From an uncultured Acidobacteriota bacterium (GTDB lineage: Bacteria; Acidobacteriota; Polarisedimenticolia; J045), in assembly GCA_963702425.1 (NCBI GenBank), contig CAVPCQ010000007.1:1-29985 (forward strand): a stretch of DNA of 29,985 nt, read 5' to 3'. The translations under genes were made by a program, and so were the position numbers. This document shows positions 24,630 to 29,985 of the stretch, in pieces. The first letter of the stretch is position 1. The number at the start of each line of letters is the position of its first letter. Below the pieces are notes generated by a model. That model did not search any database, was not told where the DNA came from, and was given only the letters and a program-made list of their open reading frames with translations.

Positions 24630-26480
24630 CTACCGGCCGCGCTGCCTGCGGAAACGCTCGAGATCGCGCTGGACGCCCGTGTCGAGCGGATCGATCTTCT
24701 GCGCGTCCTCGAGCTGCGCGATCCCTTCGTCGAGGCGGCCGGTCTCGATCAGCAGCCCGGCGAGCGCCTTGTGGGCCTGGAGCATGTCCGGGCCGGCCTC
24801 GATCGCCTTCCGGTAGGCGGCTTCCGCGCCGGCGAGGTCGCGCTTCGCGTCGAGCAGTTGTCCGATCCGCTGCCAGCCCAGCGCGTAGCCGGGATCGACG
24901 CCGACCGCGATGCGGAAGATCTCCAGCGCATTGTCGATGAAGCCCGACAGCATCAGCGCCTGGCCGTACTGGTGCAGGAGCGAGACGTTCCGCGGATCCT
25001 GGTGCCGCAGCTCCTCGAACAACGGCAGGGAGTCGCGCGGGCGGCCCTGCTGGGCCATGTCCATCGCCTTGGAGAAGAGCGCGATGTACTCCGTGCGGTC
25101 GAGCGGGTTGGTGGCGTTCGGATCGACGACGTCGACGCCGGCGCGCCGGGCGTCCCGACCGCTGGCCGCGTAGCCCAGCGCCTGGAGGTCCTTCATCTGT
25201 TCGTCGGAGACTGCCGCGCTGGAATCCGAGGGCGCGGGCGCCGACGCGATCGCGCGGCGCCGCAGGTCGGTGAGCGCCTCGACGAGCGCCGGGATCTCGG
25301 CTGCACGCGCGGTCGCGAGGTCGTGCTTCTCGTGCGGGTCCTCGCCCAGGTCGTAGAGCGCGGAGCGCGGCGCCTGGATCAGCTTGGTCCGCCCCTGGAC
25401 CAGCGCGCGCAACCCCGACCAGCCGTACTCGATCTGCGGCATGTAGCTCTCGGCGAACACGCCGCCCCGCTGCGGGGCCGCGCCGCGGCCGGTCAGCACC
25501 GCCGCGAGGGACAGGCCGTCCGCCCCCGGGAGCGCCGGAAGCGCGGTCAGCTCGAGCACCGTGGGTGCGAAGTCGGCCAGCGAGACGGGCGCGTCGACGA
25601 CCGCCGGACGGATCCCCCACGCCGGGCCGTGCGCGATCAGCGGGACGCGCATCACCTCCTGGAACAGGAAGATGCCGTGGGTCGCCTCGCCGTGATCGCC
25701 CAGCCCCTCGCCGTGATCGCTGGCGACGACCGTCAGCACGCGGCCGCGGCCCGCGTCGTCGATTCCCGAAAGCAAGCGGCCGAGCACCGCATCCGCCGCG
25801 GCGACTTCGCCCTGGTAGGGGTCGCCGGCGTGACGCGCCGCGATCTCCGGCGGCGGCGCGTAGGGCGTGTGCGGCTCGAACAGGTGGACCCAGAGGAAGA
25901 CCGGCTTCGACTTCGGAACGGTCGCGAGCCAGGCCAGCGCCGCCGCGGCCGTCTCGTTCCCCGCGCGCTCGGCGAATCCGGTGACACCGCTCCGGCGCGA
26001 GGCGGGGAGCGTGATCCGATCATCGAAGACGTCGAAGCCGCGACCGAAGCCCAGCTTCGAGGACAGGAGCTTGGTCGAGACGAACGCACCGGTCGCGTAG
26101 CCGGCCTTCCGGAAGCTCTCCGCGGCGACCGGGACCGACTCCGCGAGCGAGAAGCCGCTGTTGCTCAGCACGCCGTGTCCCGGAAGCGAGCGCCCGGTCA
26201 GGATCGACGCGTGGGCGGGGATCGTGATCGGCGCCGTGGTCTGCGCGGCGTCGAACCGGACCCCTTCGGCCGCCAGACGGTCCATCACCGCGGTGTCCGC
26301 GCCGGACCGGCCGTAGCAGCCGACCCGGTCCGCGCGCAGCGTGTCGATCGTGACCAGGACGATCGTCGGGGCGTCGCCGCGGCTCCCGCCGCCGCAGCCC
26401 GTGCCGGCGAGCAGGTGCGCGAAGAGAAACAGCGTGCAGAGCGCGTGAATCGAGCGCGGGCGGGGCCTCGAGCGGGTCAT
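24630..26480 (-). CDS. Sulfatase-like (alkaline phosphatase superfamily) lipoprotein with C-terminal TPRs
   Basis: Start ATG 26480, lipobox-like LAGTG-C, then 'LVTIDTLRAD', 'TIPAHASILTG', 'WVHLFEPHTPY', 'SDHGEGLGDHGE..HG' and 'LQALGY', followed by 3-4 TPRs. Confidence 0.88.
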   Translation of the reverse strand: MTRSRPRPRSIHALCTLFLFAHLLAGTGCGGGSRGDAPTIVLVTIDTLRADRVGCYGRSGADTAVMDRLAAEGVRFDAAQTTAPITIPAHASILTGRSLPGHGVLSNSGFSLAESVPVAAESFRKAGYATGAFVSTKLLSSKLGFGRGFDVFDDRITLPASRRSGVTGFAERAGNETAAAALAWLATVPKSKPVFLWVHLFEPHTPYAPPPEIAARHAGDPYQGEVAAADAVLGRLLSGIDDAGRGRVLTVVASDHGEGLGDHGEATHGIFLFQEVMRVPLIAHGPAWGIRPAVVDAPVSLADFAPTVLELTALPALPGADGLSLAAVLTGRGAAPQRGGVFAESYMPQIEYGWSGLRALVQGRTKLIQAPRSALYDLGEDPHEKHDLATARAAEIPALVEALTDLRRRAIASAPAPSDSSAAVSDEQMKDLQALGYAASGRDARRAGVDVVDPNATNPLDRTEYIALFSKAMDMAQQGRPRDSLPLFEELRHQDPRNVSLLHQYGQALMLSGFIDNALEIFRIAVGVDPGYALGWQRIGQLLDAKRDLAGAEAAYRKAIEAGPDMLQAHKALAGLLIETGRLDEGIAQLEDAQKIDPLDTGVQRDLERFRRQRGR

Positions 26481-26643
26481 GGGGCGGGAGGATAGCAGCC
26501 TGGCGAGCGCCGCGCCCCGGCGGGGTGGCGGGAGCGCGGCGCGAAGAAATCGGTGCCAGGCGGGCCGGATCCCTGTAATAGACTGACCTGATGCAGCGTT
26601 ACTTCCGGACAGGACGGCGCCTTTCGGCGCATCGCGACCACAA

Positions 26644-29600
26644 ATGAATCGGTCATCCTCCCCCGAAGCCCGTCCGAAGCGCCGGGTCGACCCCCGTTTC
26701 CTCGCGGGCGACGGCGTCGTCGGTTTGACGGGCAACGAGCTGCTGGTCAAGGGCGCGCTCGAGGGGGGCGTGGCGCTGCTGACCGGCTACCCGGGCTCCC
26801 CGATCTCCGGCGTCTTCGAGACCGTCGAGGCGATCGCGCCCCACCTGGCCGAGATCGGCGTCGTCGCGCAGATCGCCAACAACGAGGCGCTCGCGGCGGC
26901 CCGGCTGTCGGGGGCCTGCCAGGCCGGCCTGCGCGCGATGGCCGTGATGAAGTCGGTCGGCTTCCAGGTCGCCTCCGACGCGCTGGCCACCGGGAACCTC
27001 GTCGAGTTCCGGCGCCCCGAGGGGGGCGGACTCGTCGTCACCGGCGACGACCCGTGGAACGAGTCGACGCAGGTGAACTCCGACTCGCGCTTCCTCTCGA
27101 TGCACCTGAACATGCCGGTGATCGAGCCCGGTTCGCTGCAGGAGATCAAGGACTTCGTCGGTGCGGGGTTCGAGCTGTCGGGTGCCGCGGACCTGCTCAT
27201 CACGTTCGTGATCACGACCAACCAGGCCGACGGTGGCGGCACCGTGATCGCGCGCCCGAACGTCCCGCCGCCGGTGAGCGCGATCCAGCGCGGCCACTTC
27301 GCCAGCGCCGGCGTGACGACCAGCGACGTGATCATGATTCCGCCCTTCATCACGCAGCGCGAGGCGAGCCTGGCCGAGCGCGTGCAGCGGCTGCACGCCC
27401 GCGCTCGCGCGCTGCGGCTCGACCGGCGCTTCGGGCCGGAAGAACGCTCGCCGGTCGGGTTCGTGACCTCGGGCCTCTCGTCGGCCTACCTGAGGAAGGT
27501 GCTCGAGCTGGCCGGGCTGTGGGGCGAGGTCCCGGTGCTCAAGCTCGGTCTGACCTACCCGATCGACGCCGAGCAGCTGGTCCGCTTCGCCGCCGGCGTC
27601 GACCGGCTGATCGTCGTCGAGGAGAAGCGCGCCTTCGTCGAGATGCAGGCCCTGCAGGCGATCACCGACGCGGTGCGCGCGGGGCTGTTGGCCAGGGCAC
27701 CCGAGCTGTGGGGCAAGCAGTTCCCGGCCGGCCGCCCGGGCTTCCCCTCCGTCGGCGGGATGAACCCGTCGGTGGTGCTCGAGGTGCTCGGCCCGGAACT
27801 GATGACTTGGGGCGAGTGGTTCCCGTCGCTCGAGCCGGCGCGGATCGCCGAGCGGCTGGCGCAGGTCCGCGAGACCGGGAACGGCGCGGACGCGATCCCC
27901 CGCCGCACGCCGACCTTCTGCCCTGGCTGCCCGCACCGCGATACCGCGGTGGTCGCACGCGACCTGAAGCGGCGACTGGGGAAGGATGGCGCGCAGGGTG
28001 GACCTGCGGCGGGCGGGGCGGCAGCGGGCGGATCGGCGTCGGGGGGCCCGCGGCCGCTCGATGTCGTGGTCCACGGCGAGTCGGGCTGCCACACGATGCT
28101 CGGCTTCCCGCCCTACTCGGAGCTGATGCAGAACTACGTCGGGATGGGCCTGGGCGGCGGCGCGGGCGCGGGGATGGGGCCCTTCGTCGACAACCCGCAC
28201 CTGGTCTTCATGGGCGATTCCACCTTCTTCCACTCCGGGCTGGTGGCGATCTCCGACTCGATCAAGAACAACCTCGACATCACCTACGTGATCCTCGAGA
28301 ACAAGACCACGGCGATGACCGGCCACCAGCCGACCGCCGAGAACGCGCAGGACATCATGGGGCGCCCGACCCGCACGCAGGACATCGAGCGGATCCTGCG
28401 CGGGATGGTCCCGGACGGGCTGATGCTCAAGCGGCTCGACCCCGCGAAGCGGGACGCCTACGAGCGCGTCCTCGAGGAATGCGTCAAGTCCCCGGGCGTG
28501 AAGGTCGTCATCTCCGACAAGGAGTGCGCGATCACGGCGCACCGCCGCGAGAGCGCCGAGCGCAAGCGCCGGATCGCGGAGCGCGGTTTCATCGAGCGCG
28601 AGCAGCGGATCGGGATCGACGAAGAGGTCTGCGACAACTGCCTCGAGTGCGTCGACCAGACGGCCTGTCCCGGGCTGGCGGTCGTCGAGACGCCGCTCGG
28701 GCCGAAGATCGGCACCGACCTCACGACCTGCGTCGACGACGGGGCCTGCTCGCGGACACGGGCGTGTCCTTCGTTCGCGCGGCTGACGATCCGACGGCGG
28801 GCAGCGCCCGCGGCGGCTTCGCGCAGCGGTGCGGAAGGCGGCGGCGCGGCAGCTTCTGGTCCGGCCGCTGTCGGGGCGGGAGCGGCCGGCACGGCGGGTG
28901 TCGAGCCGGCGGCGCTGCCGCCGCCGCCCGAGGTCCCCGCCGTCGATCCAGCGGGTACCTGGTCGGCGTACCTCGGCGGAGTCGGCGGAATGGGGATCGG
29001 CGTGCTGACTGGGATCGTCGCGCGCGCCGGCGAGTTCGACGGTTACCACGCGCACTTCGTGACGCGCAACGGCCTGGCGATCCGCAACGGCGGCGTCTAC
29101 GGCCACCTGGTCCTGTCGCGCGGCACGCCGCCCGACTCACCGTTCGAGTTCTACGGCGACGCTGACCTGCTGCTGGGAATCGACCTGCTCGAGGCCTGCC
29201 GCGGCGCGCACCCCGGCGGCAACCTTCGCGTCGCGCACCGCGGGCGGACCAAGGCCGTCGTAAACCTCGGCGCGCAGCAGACGGTCCTGTCGCAGGCCTC
29301 GCGGGACGTCCTGGACACCGAGGCGCTCGCCGGTCTGCTCCGCACCCGCACCCGCGACGACGCCAGCCTGTTCGCCGACTTCTCGCGCGTCGCCGAGGCC
29401 GAGCTGGGTTCGCGCGTCTTCGTCAACGTGATGCTGCTCGGCGTCGCGTTCCAAAGGGGCTGGCTGCCGCTGACGGAGGGGGCGCTGGTTCGGTCGATCG
29501 AGGGGAACGTCCGCGCCGCGGACCGCGCCGCGAACCTGCGCGCTTTCCGGCTGGGGCGCGAGCTGGCGCTGGCGCCGCCCGAGGAGCGGAGTGCGGGGGC

Positions 29601-29985
29601 GGGGGCGGCGACGGGCGCCGGGACGGCGCCGGGCTCGGCAACGGTGGGTTACGGCGAGACCGTCGCGGCGCGCGCCGCACTGATCGAGCGCGAGCGCGGC
29701 GGCGGCGCGAGCGCGGCGGCCGGGTATCGCCGACTCGCCCTCGCGGCGGGCGAGGAGCTGGCGCTGCCGGAGGCCGACCGCCGGTACGCCGCCCACGCGC
29801 TGGCCGACCTCGTCCGCTACGGCGGCGTCGAGCTGGCCGAACGCTACCAGTCGCACCTGCGAGCGGTCCTGGCGCACGACGGCAGCGAGCGCGGGTTCCG
29901 GGCGACGCAGGCGGCGTTGCGCGCGTTCTTCCGCCTGATGGCCCCCAAGGACGAGTTCTGGGTCGCGCGCCTGCTCACCTCCCCC
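26644..29985 (+). CDS. Fused indolepyruvate:ferredoxin oxidoreductase (alpha-beta fusion); truncated by the window end
   Basis: Open from ATG 26644 to the end with no stop, hence absent from the ORF track. Motifs GYPGSP, NEALA, VVEEKR, TFCPGCPHR, GDSTFFHSG (TPP), CDNCLEC..CP and CVDDGAC..CPSF (ferredoxin), GVGGMG (beta) and KDEFWVARL. Confidence 0.92.
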   Translation, partial: MNRSSSPEARPKRRVDPRFLAGDGVVGLTGNELLVKGALEGGVALLTGYPGSPISGVFETVEAIAPHLAEIGVVAQIANNEALAAARLSGACQAGLRAMAVMKSVGFQVASDALATGNLVEFRRPEGGGLVVTGDDPWNESTQVNSDSRFLSMHLNMPVIEPGSLQEIKDFVGAGFELSGAADLLITFVITTNQADGGGTVIARPNVPPPVSAIQRGHFASAGVTTSDVIMIPPFITQREASLAERVQRLHARARALRLDRRFGPEERSPVGFVTSGLSSAYLRKVLELAGLWGEVPVLKLGLTYPIDAEQLVRFAAGVDRLIVVEEKRAFVEMQALQAITDAVRAGLLARAPELWGKQFPAGRPGFPSVGGMNPSVVLEVLGPELMTWGEWFPSLEPARIAERLAQVRETGNGADAIPRRTPTFCPGCPHRDTAVVARDLKRRLGKDGAQGGPAAGGAAAGGSASGGPRPLDVVVHGESGCHTMLGFPPYSELMQNYVGMGLGGGAGAGMGPFVDNPHLVFMGDSTFFHSGLVAISDSIKNNLDITYVILENKTTAMTGHQPTAENAQDIMGRPTRTQDIERILRGMVPDGLMLKRLDPAKRDAYERVLEECVKSPGVKVVISDKECAITAHRRESAERKRRIAERGFIEREQRIGIDEEVCDNCLECVDQTACPGLAVVETPLGPKIGTDLTTCVDDGACSRTRACPSFARLTIRRRAAPAAASRSGAEGGGAAASGPAAVGAGAAGTAGVEPAALPPPPEVPAVDPAGTWSAYLGGVGGMGIGVLTGIVARAGEFDGYHAHFVTRNGLAIRNGGVYGHLVLSRGTPPDSPFEFYGDADLLLGIDLLEACRGAHPGGNLRVAHRGRTKAVVNLGAQQTVLSQASRDVLDTEALAGLLRTRTRDDASLFADFSRVAEAELGSRVFVNVMLLGVAFQRGWLPLTEGALVRSIEGNVRAADRAANLRAFRLGRELALAPPEERSAGAGAATGAGTAPGSATVGYGETVAARAALIERERGGGASAAAGYRRLALAAGEELALPEADRRYAAHALADLVRYGGVELAERYQSHLRAVLAHDGSERGFRATQAALRAFFRLMAPKDEFWVARLLTSP

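Noticed and set aside
21497-24940. 1147-aa ORF in the track
   Set aside because: Composite: only 22103-22890 is real (the AAA N-half). The rest is off-frame or antisense read-through caused by high GC and the +1 indel.
24067-25620. 517-aa protein ending in an MNT domain (apparent fusion)
   Set aside because: The upstream part is an alternative frame of the sulfatase-TPR gene. MNT starts at 24594.
26543-26558. Possible sigma54 promoter TGGCACCGATTTCTT upstream of the sulfatase-like gene
   Set aside because: Good -24 element but no GC at the -12 position.
26653-29165. Long ORFs 26653-29106 (-) and 27054-29165 (+)
   Set aside because: Shadow frames of the IOR gene, which occupies frame +1 from 26644 with all expected motifs.
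1-29985. CRISPR array, tRNA, rRNA or riboswitch
   Set aside because: No regularly spaced repeats or recognisable RNA gene signatures, and intergenic gaps are short. A covariance-model scan could not be run.

Overview
Very GC-rich bacterial DNA. The lineage is probably Acidobacteriota- or Deltaproteobacteria-like, inferred only from gene content. There are four blocks. (1) 1-13190: a flagellar basal-body/export operon on the minus strand (flgB-flgC-fliE-fliF-fliG-fliH-fliI-fliJ-motE-like). It is preceded by a secreted TPR protein, a frameshifted FleS-like kinase and a FleR-like sigma54 activator. A divergent FleQ/FlrA-like activator, two near-consensus sigma54 promoters and shared enhancer-like boxes complete the block. 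(2) 13203-16186: a damaged segment in which an Xre(MbcA/ParS)-RES toxin-antitoxin pair is split by a multiply frameshifted Ser/Thr kinase-TPR gene. Over about 400 bp the two genes alternate in blocks on opposite strands, most likely because of a chimeric consensus. (3) 16342-23957: a compact seven-gene operon and the best candidate for an undescribed system. It encodes a coiled-coil protein, PspA/IM30 (bacterial ESCRT-III), a membrane-anchored NMT1-type binding protein fused to OmpA_C, an ABC permease, an ABC ATPase, a TM/coiled-coil protein and a classical-clade AAA+ ATPase with a degenerate first AAA module. (4) 23960-29985: an MNT antitoxin with a truncated HEPN partner, a Thr-type sulfatase-like lipoprotein with TPRs, and a fused indolepyruvate:ferredoxin oxidoreductase running off the window end. 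Several single-base indels suggest imperfect long-read polishing. I saw no rRNA, tRNA, CRISPR array or transposase.
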